Shown here: positions 33,728 through 44,184 of the stretch, piece by piece
Layout: the number at the start of each line of letters is the position of its first letter
Numbering within the stretch: the first letter of the stretch is position 1
Source of the DNA: an uncultured Gemmatimonadales bacterium
Lineage (GTDB): Bacteria > Gemmatimonadota > Gemmatimonadetes > Gemmatimonadales > GWC2-71-9
Length of the DNA stretch: 53,009 nucleotides
Direction: 5' to 3'
Assembly: GCA_963695555.1 (NCBI GenBank)
Contig: CAVOGR010000008.1
Span: 1-53,009 of the forward strand
Position numbers and translations under genes: made by a program
Notes under the pieces: model-generated
Database searches by the model: none
The model's input: only the letters and a program-made list of their open reading frames with translations
What the model was told of the DNA's origin: nothing

Positions 33728-34033
33728 TTAGTTAGGACCCCACCACTGCGTGCCCGGCCGCGAGCGAGCCGCTCGTGTGGCCCGCTTCGGCCGGGCTGGG
33801 CCGACCGCGTTGGCATAGGCCCAACGCTCCAAGGCGCGGTCCACGTCCGACAGGGTCTGGGCCGGGTCGTACGGCATTGCCGGGCACCGGCGACCTTCCA
33901 CCATCAAGTACCATGTGGGCTCGCCGCCCGGCTCTCCCTTGCGGGGATTGGGCGGCGTGCCTTCATAGGCGACGAAATGAAAGGTGCGGTCTCCAATAGC
34001 GAGATGGCGTTGCTGCGGTTTGAAGGAACTCAG
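33728..34033 (-). CDS. Hypothetical protein with probable CTG start (absent from ORF track)
   Basis: Open frame of 101 codons (SSFKPQQRHLAIGDRTFHFVAYEG...WYLMVEGRR...QWWGPN); GGAG 6 nt upstream of CTG. Confidence 0.5.
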   Translation of the reverse strand: MSSFKPQQRHLAIGDRTFHFVAYEGTPPNPRKGEPGGEPTWYLMVEGRRCPAMPYDPAQTLSDVDRALERWAYANAVGPARPKRATRAARSRPGTQWWGPN

Positions 34034-34126
34034 AGGTGACTCCAGGTGCAGGACGAAGTTTGGCCGAACTACTTGAAAGATAATCCCCTTGCCACTCGGC
34101 CGACGGATCAGGTCCCCCGTCTAACG

Positions 34127-34297
34127 TTATGGTTGAATCGCGGGCGAATCGGGAGGGGTGGAGTCGTCGGCCTGATCTGCTGTCGCGGTATCGCTCGACG
34201 CATTGCGTTCGCGGCGGCGCTTCAGCCGATCTTCGCGCTTCTTGCGCTTGGCAATTTCCTTCTGACGCTTCTCGAAGCCGTAGTTACGCTTGGGCAA
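34127..34297 (-). CDS. Small basic conserved protein
   Basis: PKRNYGFEKRQKEIAKRKKRE pattern, TTG start. Confidence 0.65.
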   Translation of the reverse strand: MPKRNYGFEKRQKEIAKRKKREDRLKRRRERNASSDTATADQADDSTPPDSPAIQP

Positions 34298-34457
34298 TGG
34301 GATCTCGTGGTCGGGGGAAATAGGATCGAGGACACGATGATCGTGTAGTATAAATGAAATATAAGGGGTTGTGCGCGATTCTGCTGAGAGCTGTGAACGA
34401 ATCGGCCGCGCCACGGCCTCGAATCAGATGTTGAGTTGGGTGAGAGACAGGCTGGTT

Positions 34458-34649
34458 CTAGTGTTTGCCTTCCAACGCTCCCCAGAGCATGAGCAAGCCG
34501 AACGCTCCGTAGGCCACCGCTCGCACCACGTGCCCCGTGGTCGCGCCTTCGACACGCATCATGCCCAGGTAGATCCCCGAAGCGAGCAAGCCCCCGACGG
34601 TAAGGATGGCAAACAACCATCGTGGGGGGCGTCCTCCTGAGGCTTTCAT
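34458..34649 (-). CDS. Small membrane protein
   Basis: Two hydrophobic segments, GGAG RBS. Confidence 0.5.
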   Translation of the reverse strand: MKASGGRPPRWLFAILTVGGLLASGIYLGMMRVEGATTGHVVRAVAYGAFGLLMLWGALEGKH

Positions 34650-34714
34650 GATTCAGCTCCCTTCCTCGTTGTTGACGTTGGCGGGCAGACGCGTGTCACG
34701 CGCGCTGACTATGT

Positions 34715-35185
34715 CTACACGCCGAACTGCCGCAGGTGATGATCGGTGTGCCGATAGGCCCACCGATGCCAGTCTCGCATGGTCATGCTCCCGAACGCGC
34801 CGTGGCTCGCGGCCAGGGAGCTGGCTGGAGCGGCGGCAAAGGTACGGAGCCCGGCAATGGCCCGCTCGCGGTCGGCTTCGAAGTCGCCGGTTTTGGTGCC
34901 GCCCGAGTGCGGGTCGACCGCGGCCGGTGTCTTGAGCCCTTGGGGCCAGGGAAGCGGCGAGCGGAGTGCGATCCACTTGAGGACCGGATGGCGCTGGGTA
35001 GCCGTGGGTGATGGATCGGTGCTCTCGGTCGTCCCTCGCTGCAACACCGAAGCCGTCGCGTCGCCCAGGTGGCAGAGCATCTCGCCGGCCGAGAGCGTGC
35101 CCCACGTGCGCGGCGTATCGGGGTCGAGGCCATTCAGACGCTCGATGAGGTGCTCGAGCGCGGTCGGGTCGGCGATGCTCTTCAT
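34715..35185 (-). CDS. DinB-like/DUF1569 protein
   Basis: WGTLSAGEMLCHL, HGAFG and HTDHHLRQFG motifs. Confidence 0.85.
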   Translation of the reverse strand: MKSIADPTALEHLIERLNGLDPDTPRTWGTLSAGEMLCHLGDATASVLQRGTTESTDPSPTATQRHPVLKWIALRSPLPWPQGLKTPAAVDPHSGGTKTGDFEADRERAIAGLRTFAAAPASSLAASHGAFGSMTMRDWHRWAYRHTDHHLRQFGV

Positions 35186-35246
35186 ACCTTCCCCTAGTGA
35201 CTCCCAACCGCCTGTTCCGCTGAGCGGCCAGGGTAAGTCTTCGGGT

Positions 35247-36112
35247 CTACTGCACCCGTTCCGCAGTCCACACCGCTAGGAATTCACGCCCCAGGGAGTG
35301 GGTCGTGCCGCGGAGTTTCTCACCGTCCAAGACGCCGGATGTGTTGTAGACGCCGGAACCGTCACTCGTCGCGAACGCGAAATGCACGGACCCCCAATCG
35401 GTGTTGATCCGGCCGTGTTGGAGCTCGGTGCCGCCATAGAACGAGCCCTCGAAGGTGTCGCCCTCGACCCGCCGGACGACGAACTCCTGGTAATAGGGCT
35501 CTGCGTCCGGCGTCGGCCGGAGGTCGACCCGCCACGTGCCAACCAACGCCTTCGCATTCGGCCGCTCCAGGGCCGCCCGTTCGAGCCGGTATTGATGCCG
35601 CTGAAGCCACTCGGTAGACCCGAGGTAGCGGACTTCCTGGGTGATCGTGAGGTCGTCGCCCTCCGTCACGACCATGCCCCGAATCGTCGCCTGCTTATTG
35701 TTGTCCTCACCCTGCCGACTGAGCACGAGGCAGAGATCTCCGGTCTTGCCATCGTGCACCTCCTCCTCGATTTGCCAGAGCGCCCCGAAGTAGATCCCGT
35801 CGGATGACGGAATGAGCCGCCGGTGCTCGTCACTACCCGGCCGTCCGGCTCCTGGTAGGAAAACGCGAACAGGAGTCCAGCGTCGTTGCCGATAGGCTTT
35901 GCCACCAGGTGCGTCGGCAGCTGCACCAGCGTGCGATCGTCACCGTAGTCCAGATACTCGAGCACGCCGTCCCACGACCCGACGAGAGACTGGTAGGCTC
36001 TTGTGTCTTGTTGGAGTGCCTGAGCCGGCGCGGACCCACCAACCACGAGTGCAAGGAGCAGTAGGGGACATACGGATGGCAAGGCTCGGAACACACGACC
36101 TCCTGGGTTCAT
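35247..36112 (-). CDS. Hypothetical secreted protein, frameshifted near 35810
   Basis: Signal peptide plus GSWDGVLEYLDY in ORF 35666..36259, continuing in ORF 35247..35759. Confidence 0.6.
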
Positions 36113-36237
36113 TGGGCGGACAATCACCGGAGCGAAGATGCGTGGGTCGGGGTTCCGTAAGCAACAAGGGGCCCGAAGGCCCCCTTGCACGACGAAGTGT
36201 CGACTCGAGCTCACTATTTCCACTATCTGGCCCGCGC

Positions 36238-37331
36238 TTAGAGCTCCTGCACCCCCCATGCGTGGTTGATGCTCTCCCAGGAAACGACGTTCGGTTTCCT
36301 GAATGGTCGGCGCACGCTATCCAGCTTCTCGCCCCTCACTTCGACATCGCGCACGCGTCGGTGATCCCAGGCCCGCCCGGTAGGCCCAGCCGAAGTGTGG
36401 GCACTTCCTGCACCCCGAACCCCATGATGTCTGCCGCGACCATGTCGGTGGCCAGAGGGTTGGTGCCCGCGATGATCAGGTTCATCGGCACCAATCTCCC
36501 CTCGGTCGGGCCGTTGCCCTCCATGGCCATCGACCCATCGATGACGGTGAGGCCGAGCTTGTTGGCTCGGACCATGTCGATGGTCTCGAAGGCGATGCCA
36601 GGCGATTCGGCCATCGCCGCGTGGTCGTGGAGCCACGACCTGACCGAGTAGTAGACCGTGCCGGGATAGAGGCCGATCAGGTTCTTCATGCCCAGCGTCA
36701 CGGTCGCCAGCACGTGGGTCTTCATCATCGGCACGGAGCACAAGAGGTCGATGTCGGTCAGCGACCGGTGCAGCGTGACCGTATCGAACACGAAGCCGTT
36801 CGGCACGTGGACCTCGGCCAGCTCGCCCGAGTGGAGGTTGATGAGCGGGACCCCGAGGGAGCGGGCGAGATCGGTGTAGCCCAGGGTGTCGAACACGTAT
36901 TGCTGCATGCCGTCCAGAATCTCGCGGTTCCGGGTCCGATAGGTGACCGGGCCTCGGACGTTGAAACCGGTAGCCGCGGCCGACCCTTCGCCGATCAGCA
37001 CGTCCCTGCCCGAGTGTTGCATGAGCCGGGCGAGAGTCCGCACCACCCCTGGTTTGGTGGTGAAATGCGGCCCCTCGGCCACCAGATTGGGCTTCAGCAT
37101 GATCCGGTCTTTGCCCTTGGCCGCCGTCTCGATGCCGCCGAGCAGGTCGATGGCCGCCTCGACGGCGATATCGACCCGGTCATTCTTGATCCTGACGACG
37201 CTGACGACTGGTCTCGTGGCCGTGGATCGCCTGGCGGGCCACACCGGCATCAGGCCTCCGGCCGCGGTGCCGAGCACCATGCCGGCGCTGGTCTTCACGA
37301 AGTCCCTGCGCGACGGATGTCGATGTCTCAT
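36238..37331 (-). CDS. Tat-exported DUF362 domain protein, frameshifted near the C-terminus
   Basis: SRRDFVK Tat motif; MLKPNLV, PMMKTH, TLGMKNLIG and EGNGP motifs. Confidence 0.85.
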
Positions 37332-37476
37332 GCGGGGCGCTCCCGGTGGCCGGGCAGTGGTCCTGTCTCCTCCACGTATGGCCCACTGACCTTCAAGGCA
37401 GCGTGAACTTCGCATGAAGGTTTGCACAGAGGAGCGTGAACGCCGGCCGGCAGTGCGTGCTGTCCACCCGAAGCTT

Positions 37477-38925
37477 CTACTTGGTGCTCCTCTTCTCCAC
37501 GAACGTTGTCTTGTAAAACTCCTTCGACCGGATCTTGACCGCGTAGTAGCCCTCTTTCACGTCGTGTCCGGAGTCATCCCTGCCATCCCAGTGCAGTGTG
37601 TACTCCCCGGGTGCGGCGTTGCCGGAATGCAGAACGGCGATGGTCTCGTCGTTCAGGTCCGTGATCTGCACTTCGATGTCCGACTGGTACAAGACCCTAT
37701 ATCGTATGACTGTGTGCGTGTCAAACGGCGTGGGCGATACGTCAGCGATGTCGCCAGCGTTGTATCCGATATCCTCCATTCGGAACGGCCCGCTGAGAAA
37801 CGCCTCGACATCGATCGCATAGAGATGGTGGTCTTCACTGCCCACCAGCAGCACGCCGTTGTGGAGAACCGGACTCGTGTGGGCATTGCCTCCGATCACC
37901 GCGATGTTCTTGACCGTCCCGGTACCTCGATCGAGTGCATAGAGATAGCCACGCCCGGTGCCGTTGCCAAAGACGGTATAGGCATCACCGGTCGTGAAGA
38001 GGAGAACATCTTGGTAAGCCACTGGCCGGGCGAAGTTGTTGAAGAGGAATGTGTACGTCCAGTACCGTTCGCCCGTCTGGACGTTGAACGCGAACATCTC
38101 ATGGTTGTCGGAGCCGCCAATATACAGAGTATCGCCGACCACGAGCGGATCTCCCGAAATCCAGCCCCCATCCTCTTCCGTATAGCTCCATCGCTTGGCA
38201 CCGGTCTTCTTGTCCATGACCTGCAGCTCAGGATTCCTGCCACCGAACACCAATACGTCGTCCGCAATCACCGGCGTTGTATTGATTGCGCCAAACGTGG
38301 CGTACGGTCTCGTCTCGAAGGTGCGGGAGACCCACACGCGTCTTCCATTGTTCAGGTCATACGCGTATATCCTGCCGTTCCAATCCCCGAAATAGAGGGT
38401 CGAGTCGTCTACGAGGAGGCCGCTTCGCACCGGCGCGGTATCAACGGTGGCGATCGCCCTGACCAACGCGCCGCTCGAGGCATCCAGGCCATAGACCTGG
38501 CCGTCACCGAGGCCCACGTACAATGTCGATCCATACATCACGGGGACTCCCGTGTGATAATCCCAGGGATCGAGCTGCTGCGCGCCCTGGTCGCTCTCGC
38601 GGGAGAACGTCCACATGTGCTTGCCGGTGTCCTTGTCGAGCGCGTAGACATCATTTGCGCTGGCGACGTAGACGACCTGATTGTGCACTAGGACCGGACC
38701 TCGCACGGCCCCTGACGTTGCGTAGCTCCATCGCTGCGTGCCTGTGTTCACGTCGACCGCATACACGGACTTGTCGCTACTTCCGAAGTACACCGTGCTC
38801 CCGCTCACGACGGGATGGGACAGAACCTTGCCGTCGGTGGCGAAAGCCCACTTGATGTACGGTCGAGTTTGTGCGTGAGTGGGTTGCAGGCCGGCCAATG
38901 CCAGCAGCAGAAGAAGAGAGCGCAT
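37477..38925 (-). CDS. PQQ-like beta-propeller repeat protein with C-terminal FlgD-Ig domain
   Basis: Repeated YAxDxxTGxxxW blades; C-terminus WDGRDDSG..V..GYY. Confidence 0.85.
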   Translation of the reverse strand: MRSLLLLLALAGLQPTHAQTRPYIKWAFATDGKVLSHPVVSGSTVYFGSSDKSVYAVDVNTGTQRWSYATSGAVRGPVLVHNQVVYVASANDVYALDKDTGKHMWTFSRESDQGAQQLDPWDYHTGVPVMYGSTLYVGLGDGQVYGLDASSGALVRAIATVDTAPVRSGLLVDDSTLYFGDWNGRIYAYDLNNGRRVWVSRTFETRPYATFGAINTTPVIADDVLVFGGRNPELQVMDKKTGAKRWSYTEEDGGWISGDPLVVGDTLYIGGSDNHEMFAFNVQTGERYWTYTFLFNNFARPVAYQDVLLFTTGDAYTVFGNGTGRGYLYALDRGTGTVKNIAVIGGNAHTSPVLHNGVLLVGSEDHHLYAIDVEAFLSGPFRMEDIGYNAGDIADVSPTPFDTHTVIRYRVLYQSDIEVQITDLNDETIAVLHSGNAAPGEYTLHWDGRDDSGHDVKEGYYAVKIRSKEFYKTTFVEKRSTK

Positions 38926-39083
38926 CAGACATGGACCTCCGTCTGGGGTATTGCTCGAGCGGGTACCTCGTATGATGACGTGGGACGGACCGTCTACCGC
39001 ACAGTGTCCTGGTGGCCGACCTATCCGCAGGAGTCCCAGGAGTGCGCCGAGCAGCGGTTGTCAGGTAGGGCGTCATTGCCATG

Positions 39084-39203
39084 TCACGTCGAGTCTGGCG
39101 CTGGCATGGCGACCCCTTTGATCAGAAACCAGAACGCAAGCGTGACCTCGAAGACCGCCACCGGCAGCCACATGAGCCAGGTGGCCACTGACGCCCATCC
39201 CCC
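39084..39203 (-). pseudogene. 3' fragment of a membrane-protein gene (DUF4386-like)
   Basis: WASVATWLMWLPVAVFEVTLAFWFLIKGV...stop, with no 5' part; abuts a truncated attC. Confidence 0.55.
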
Positions 39204-39204
39204 G

Positions 39205-39221
39205 GCACGCAGTGGTTAGGT
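39205..39221 (-). repeat. Truncated attC remnant (R'' and start of L'' only)
   Basis: GCACGCAGTGGTTAGGT matches the end of family-A attC; the remainder is missing. Confidence 0.65.
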
Positions 39222-39225
39222 GGCA

Positions 39226-40305
39226 TCAGTGTGGAACCCCGGTGAGTTCCACGCGGTACACCTCGGCTTGCCACCATCCCTCGGAAGCTTCTCGCAGGCT
39301 AGCGACCACACCTGGTCGAATAGCCTGAAGAAATGGGTTGTTCGCAAGACGTCTGGTGGCCACTACGGACCAAGTGGCTGGGTCAATGACCTCGATGATG
39401 CCGTCAAAGACCGCTGCCATATCCTCCACGGGATAGTAGCGTGCTCCACCCTCTCCAGTACGCTCTTCGCCGAGCCCGTTACTCCAGTCGGGGTCACCAG
39501 TTGCCCCGAGGACCCACAGCAGACCGATGCTATCCTGCCAGATACTCCACACCTGCGCCTGAGGCACCCTATCGGGTGTGGGAGACATGATCGAGTCGTA
39601 GGGCGCGAACCATGGTGAGTTCACCATGCCACTGTCGAGCAGCGTGCCAGTGGCATCCCACCTGGTGCCGAGGTATCCGTGATGTGCCTGAATTGCCCAC
39701 ATACTACCGTCGCTGGCAGTAGTAATTTTGTACACGTCCCGGACAAAGCCGCGGGTGTTGAGTTGTGGATAGCCGAACTGGACAAGCCGTTGGCCGTCGA
39801 AGCTATAGGCATGGAGCGGAGGACTCGAATCTCTCTGGTAATCGAAAACAAAACCATGCCCTGGTAATAGCATCGCGTCATAGGCCCAGGGACGCTGGCC
39901 AGCGATGGACATCGTGCGGACGACCTCGAAGGAGGGCGACAACACGGTGATTCGCCCGATGCCGTCCAGGATGTAGACGGAGTCGCGGACATCGACAAGC
40001 ACGGCACGGGGATACCGGTACTCGCCCGGGCCATCGCCCTCGCGGCCTTGCTTGCGAAGGAACCGGCCAGTGGAGTCAAAGACTTGTAGGACGCGGTCGC
40101 CGTCTGGTGTGATCGCAATGTATTGGCCACGGCCGTCACGCGATATGCGCGGGGGGGCGACAAAGGATCCGGGTGTTCCTCTGCCTCCAATGGTCGTCAG
40201 ATACTCAATGCTGATTGCGCACGTCTGACATGAGAGTGGCTGTCCCTCCGGGCGACACCCGGACAGGCCCAGCAAGACCAGCGTGCTTGGTATGAGTCGG
40301 AGCAT
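39226..40305 (-). CDS. Cassette: 6-bladed beta-propeller/NHL-like lipoprotein
   Basis: Lipobox LSGC; FDSTGRFLRKQGREGDGPGEY motif. Confidence 0.75.
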   Translation of the reverse strand: MLRLIPSTLVLLGLSGCRPEGQPLSCQTCAISIEYLTTIGGRGTPGSFVAPPRISRDGRGQYIAITPDGDRVLQVFDSTGRFLRKQGREGDGPGEYRYPRAVLVDVRDSVYILDGIGRITVLSPSFEVVRTMSIAGQRPWAYDAMLLPGHGFVFDYQRDSSPPLHAYSFDGQRLVQFGYPQLNTRGFVRDVYKITTASDGSMWAIQAHHGYLGTRWDATGTLLDSGMVNSPWFAPYDSIMSPTPDRVPQAQVWSIWQDSIGLLWVLGATGDPDWSNGLGEERTGEGGARYYPVEDMAAVFDGIIEVIDPATWSVVATRRLANNPFLQAIRPGVVASLREASEGWWQAEVYRVELTGVPH

Positions 40306-40323
40306 GAATCTGCCGACAATGCC

Positions 40324-40420
40324 ACCTAACGAACGTGCGCGTTGAGCCGCCGCGCGCCTCGTTCTGTCGCGTTCTAAAGAAGATGCCTCACGCGCGGGCG
40401 GCTCCAACGCGTGGTTCGGC
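40324..40420 (-). repeat. attC (unique type, 97 bp)
   Basis: Minus strand GCCGAACCACGCGTTGGAGCCG...CGGCTCAACGCG...GTTAGGT. Confidence 0.85.
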
Positions 40421-40443
40421 AGCGTCACACCTCGCGCCCGGCC

Positions 40444-41670
40444 TCAATTGAGTCCTCGATACACCGCTGCCCTGAGTTGTTTCTGGATCTCCCAAGAGAA
40501 TGGGAACGTCCTCGTCATGAACAGCCCGTAGACACGATTCTCGTAGTCGATCCAGAAGTGCGTGTTGTGATAGCCCGACCAGCCATAGATGCCCCTCGGG
40601 GAACCTGCCCCGTCCAAGGCGGGCTCCGTCAGCACCCACAGTGAGTACCCAAAGTCCTGGCCGTTGTTGTATCCTCGCCGCAGCCTGCTCTCCGTTGCCA
40701 CCGACGTCATCATCGCGATCGACTGCTCAGTCAGAATTCGTGTGCCGCGAAAGTTGCCCCGTCCCAACAACATTTCGCAGAAATGCCGGTAGTCCTCGAA
40801 CGTGCTGACCAGGCCCTCGCCACCGAACTGCGCCTTCGTGCCGGGTGAATAGGCGAGTTCATCATCTGCGGTCGAAAAGGCAGAGGTTCCTTCATCGAAC
40901 ATTGCGGGATCGATCAGTGGCTTTGGCTTCTTGAAGAGCACCTGCCAGCGCGATCGGTCGGCGGCGGACAGCTCGAATTTCGTGTGCGGCATGTCGAGCG
41001 GGTCGAAGATGCTCTCCTTGAGGAACGCATAGAACTCCTGCCCGGTCAGTACTTCGACGACTCGACCCAGAATCGCCATGTTGAGGCCGTAGAGATAGTC
41101 GGCACCTGGTTCGAACTCGGCGGGATGCGCGGCCACGTCCTTCACGAACTGATCAAGGTTGGCGTAGGGATCCAGATGGCTAGGCCCCTTGCCGCGGTCA
41201 TAGTAGCCGTAGCCACTGCGATGCGTGAGCAGATGAACCACTTGGAGCTCGGTCTTGCAGCGATACGTCTTGCCGGCCTTATCCTTGCACTTCATGTCGG
41301 CGAAGTAGGGAATGTACTTCGACACCGGGTCGCCCAACTTGTACAGTCCTCTCTCGTGCAGGATCATCATCGCCACAATGGTGATCGGCTTGGACATAGA
41401 CCAGATCGGGAAGATCGTGCTGTCCGATATCGGCGTATCGCCCACCAAGCCCGAGTTGACGATTGACATGGCAACCGTGTCGGAACCCCTGAAGACTCCC
41501 GCTACGCTCCCGGCGGTCACGCCCCTCGCAATAAGCGCCCGCTGGTATGCCTCGACATTCCGTTGCACCGCCTGATTCCGCTCGTCCGTCGCAGGACCAG
41601 GACGGCCCGCGCACGACGCGAGTCCCACGAGAGCCAGGCTCGAGACGATCGTCCGGACGTAAGTCGGCAT
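40444..41670 (-). CDS. Cassette: serine hydrolase, class C beta-lactamase/esterase family lipoprotein
   Basis: SMSK (SxxK), LLTHRSG, FEPG..Y.Y and YGWSG motifs. Confidence 0.88.
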   Translation of the reverse strand: MPTYVRTIVSSLALVGLASCAGRPGPATDERNQAVQRNVEAYQRALIARGVTAGSVAGVFRGSDTVAMSIVNSGLVGDTPISDSTIFPIWSMSKPITIVAMMILHERGLYKLGDPVSKYIPYFADMKCKDKAGKTYRCKTELQVVHLLTHRSGYGYYDRGKGPSHLDPYANLDQFVKDVAAHPAEFEPGADYLYGLNMAILGRVVEVLTGQEFYAFLKESIFDPLDMPHTKFELSAADRSRWQVLFKKPKPLIDPAMFDEGTSAFSTADDELAYSPGTKAQFGGEGLVSTFEDYRHFCEMLLGRGNFRGTRILTEQSIAMMTSVATESRLRRGYNNGQDFGYSLWVLTEPALDGAGSPRGIYGWSGYHNTHFWIDYENRVYGLFMTRTFPFSWEIQKQLRAAVYRGLN

Positions 41671-41746
41671 ACGTCTGGCCCTCCCTTGTCTTCTTGATGC
41701 CCGAGACCGCATCCTGCGCCTCCTCGGGCCATTCCCGTTCGAGTCT

Positions 41747-41878
41747 GCCTAACGGACGGGCGCTCAGCTGCGAGCCCGGCTGACCGCCAGCGGGACCGCC
41801 CCGAGGCCCGGTGTCCAGAGACTACCAGAGCCCGTTGCAGCGACGCATGGGCTCGTCAGCTGCAGCGCCTTGTTAGGC
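41747..41878 (-). repeat. attC (unique type, 132 bp)
   Basis: Minus strand GCCTAACAAGGCGCTGCAGCTGAC...GCAGCTGAGCGC...GTTAGGC. Confidence 0.88.
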
Positions 41879-42304
41879 AGCGCGCTCCCCAAGATCTAGC
41901 ATGTAGATCAGCTCTGGATCTCCGGGATCGAGGTTGTGAATGACGCCACTGGGAACGTACCCGAGCGCCTTGAGAAGCTGCTGCATGGGTTGGTTCGATT
42001 GGTTCGTCGATGTGAATAGCTTTCGTGTCTGGCACTGCGCTGCGAGCTCCTGCATGAGAGCGCGGCCAATACCTCTGCGTCGTTCAGACTTAGCCACGTA
42101 GACGATGGAGACGAAGCCCTGTTCGTAGAAGGTGTAGTCCAGCGCAGCATATGCCACTACGGCCCCGTGGCGTTCTGCGACGAGGCAACCTCCTGATCTA
42201 AGGACTCGGTCAATGAAGCGCACGCGTGCCGGATCAGCGCGCGCGACGTGGTCGAGGGCGACGATGGCGTCCCCATCTGAGGGAGTTGCTTCGCGAATTT
42301 GCAT
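41873..42304 (-). CDS. Cassette: GNAT N-acetyltransferase
   Basis: RRRGIGRAL motif A, FTSTNQSN; TAA lies in R''. Confidence 0.88.
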   Translation of the reverse strand: MQIREATPSDGDAIVALDHVARADPARVRFIDRVLRSGGCLVAERHGAVVAYAALDYTFYEQGFVSIVYVAKSERRRGIGRALMQELAAQCQTRKLFTSTNQSNQPMQQLLKALGYVPSGVIHNLDPGDPELIYMLDLGERAA

Positions 42305-42319
42305 GACCTTGGTCGCGCT

Positions 42320-42426
42320 GCCTAACGAATTCCGCGTCAGTGGCGGGCCGTCTCGCCTGCCTGCTCACAAATCAACGACTTCCTTCAGTCCCGGCAAGGC
42401 CCGGCCACTGCATGCGGCGGTTAGGC
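42320..42426 (-). repeat. attC family A
   Basis: 107-bp consensus copy. Confidence 0.9.
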
Positions 42427-42475
42427 AGCACGTCACAGCATCATCCACTTACTACTGAAACTTGACTCTCTCTTA

Positions 42476-43048
42476 CTACATCCCGCTGAATTGCTCAAAA
42501 CTCTGGCCACTCGTCAGAAATATGAGTGACCCTATAAACAGGCCTAGATTGGCGATGACCGCGAGACTAACGATCACCCAACCTACCACCGGGCGGGAAT
42601 GCAGGTGGTACCCGATGTTGAAGAAAGCCGGGGCCGCGAGGGGCAAGTTGTGAACCCCCAGCACGAGGAGTGTGATCGCTAGCCAAGCATTGAGAACCAG
42701 CGTCGTGCGGCCGTGCTCGTTGTCGGAAGCGAGCACCCTCCGCGTGTGATAGATGATCCACCAAGAGGGGGCAGCCAGGGCGATGCCGATCAGGTAGAAC
42801 ACTAGCATCGGGCCGTTCAGCGCCCCCAATACGAGCTTGGTGGTCACGGCCAAGAGATGACCAAGCGCCATGGTCCCGATCGTAACCCCGAAGAACAGAT
42901 TCATGGCTGCCAACACCCGCCGTCGGGCGGGAGTATCCACACGGCGGTTCCGGTAGAGCAGCATCGTGACGGCAAGAAGGGCGAAGCCCAGCGATGCCGT
43001 CAGCCATTTGCTTTCGTCCACGATAAGCGCAAACAATTGATCGATCAT
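42476..43048 (-). CDS. Cassette: hypothetical multi-pass membrane protein
   Basis: About 5-6 hydrophobic segments; start MIDQLF after attC. Confidence 0.75.
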   Translation of the reverse strand: MIDQLFALIVDESKWLTASLGFALLAVTMLLYRNRRVDTPARRRVLAAMNLFFGVTIGTMALGHLLAVTTKLVLGALNGPMLVFYLIGIALAAPSWWIIYHTRRVLASDNEHGRTTLVLNAWLAITLLVLGVHNLPLAAPAFFNIGYHLHSRPVVGWVIVSLAVIANLGLFIGSLIFLTSGQSFEQFSGM

Positions 43049-43068
43049 TCCGGTGCTCTCTGTGTGCT

Positions 43069-43175
43069 GCCTAACGAATCCCGCGTCAGTGGCGGGCCGT
43101 CTCGCCCGCCTGCTCACAAATCAACGACTTCCTCTGAAACCAGCAAGGCCCGGCCACTGCACGCGGCGGTTAGAC
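43069..43175 (-). repeat. attC family A
   Basis: 107-bp consensus copy. Confidence 0.9.
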
Positions 43176-43209
43176 CGCAGTCCATCGGATCGGAGCTATG
43201 CGAGCCCTT

Positions 43210-44013
43210 TCAGGTAATCATGGTCAGATCGACCCTGACAACGATCCATGCTGAGTCCGTCCGGCGCAGGTAGTACCTGTGGGTGGCTGCGAAGGGCCAC
43301 CAAGAGCCCGGTTGGGTCTCACCACGTGGGCGGACCGATGTCTGAAATACATCTACCGCGACGGTGTCTGACGTAACCGCCAATTGTGGACGGGAGAAGG
43401 CGAACGTCACGCCTACCTTATCGACGTCGCAGTGTCCTTCCGGGTCGTCATCGCAACGACCGTCGAAGGCTGGGTGTTGGCCGACACGGTCAATCAGCCT
43501 GTCGCTGTGACGCCGAGTCAACTCGATGGAGGAACGTTCGAAGATCATGTTCGTGATGTATTGTCCCCCGGGTCCCCAACTGTTGTCCAGGGAGTCCGCG
43601 ACGGCATCGAAAAGCTCGGCCAGCACGGAGTCGCTGGGGTTCCAAGGTTTCCATAGGCGGTGGAGCGAAGCGTCGTAGCGATACGGGATACTGTCGTGGC
43701 CGGCGAGCGTATCCATACGCGGGACGTAATCTAAGTCCAGAAACTGGAGGATCCATGGTCGAGAATCTGGATTGCAGTAGAGGGCGTAGGTACCATCGCG
43801 CTTAGAGATTGTTCCACAGCTGGCGCCGTTTGCCTGCACAAAAACATGCGATAGAGGAGTACCGGATACATCATCCCGCACGCCACCCGTAATGCACAAT
43901 CGAAAGATCGTGCACTTCAGAGTGGGATCTTGCGTGAGCTCTTGCGCATGCACCTCGACCGAGCTCAGACTGATCACGCACCCAAGTATTGCGGCATGTA
44001 TGCGTCGGTCCAT
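43210..44013 (-). CDS. Cassette: secreted protein with carboxypeptidase-regulatory-like domain
   Basis: Signal peptide; ITGGVRDDVSGTPL..V..GTISKRDGTY pattern. Confidence 0.65.
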   Translation of the reverse strand: MDRRIHAAILGCVISLSSVEVHAQELTQDPTLKCTIFRLCITGGVRDDVSGTPLSHVFVQANGASCGTISKRDGTYALYCNPDSRPWILQFLDLDYVPRMDTLAGHDSIPYRYDASLHRLWKPWNPSDSVLAELFDAVADSLDNSWGPGGQYITNMIFERSSIELTRRHSDRLIDRVGQHPAFDGRCDDDPEGHCDVDKVGVTFAFSRPQLAVTSDTVAVDVFQTSVRPRGETQPGSWWPFAATHRYYLRRTDSAWIVVRVDLTMIT

Positions 44014-44035
44014 GGATTCAACATGTTTGACTGCG

Positions 44036-44142
44036 GCCTAACGAATTCCGCGTCAGTGGCGGGCCGTCTCGCCCGCCTGGACACTAATCAACGACTTCCT
44101 TCAGTCCTGGCAAGGCCCGGCCACTGCACGCGGTGGTTAGGC
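44036..44142 (-). repeat. attC family A
   Basis: 107-bp consensus copy. Confidence 0.9.
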
Positions 44143-44150
44143 GGATTCAT

Positions 44151-44179
44151 TTGCTCTATATAACGTGATACGTTATATT
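44151..44179 (+). promoter_or_regulatory. sigma70 promoter with overlapping operator of higBA
   Basis: TTGCTC-17bp-TATATT; inverted repeat ATATAACGT-GAT-ACGTTATAT at 44158..44178. Confidence 0.8.
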
Positions 44180-44184
44180 TCGTC

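Noticed and set aside
213..37331. Programmed frameshifting or mass pseudogenisation
   Set aside because: Indels are scattered over unrelated genes, often in short G/C runs, with no slippery-site pattern; sequencing error is more likely
322..38691. Long opposite-strand ORFs (e.g. 322..1662, 2896..4434, 13639..15117, 37414..38691)
   Set aside because: Shadow frames of high-GC genes with no recognisable motifs
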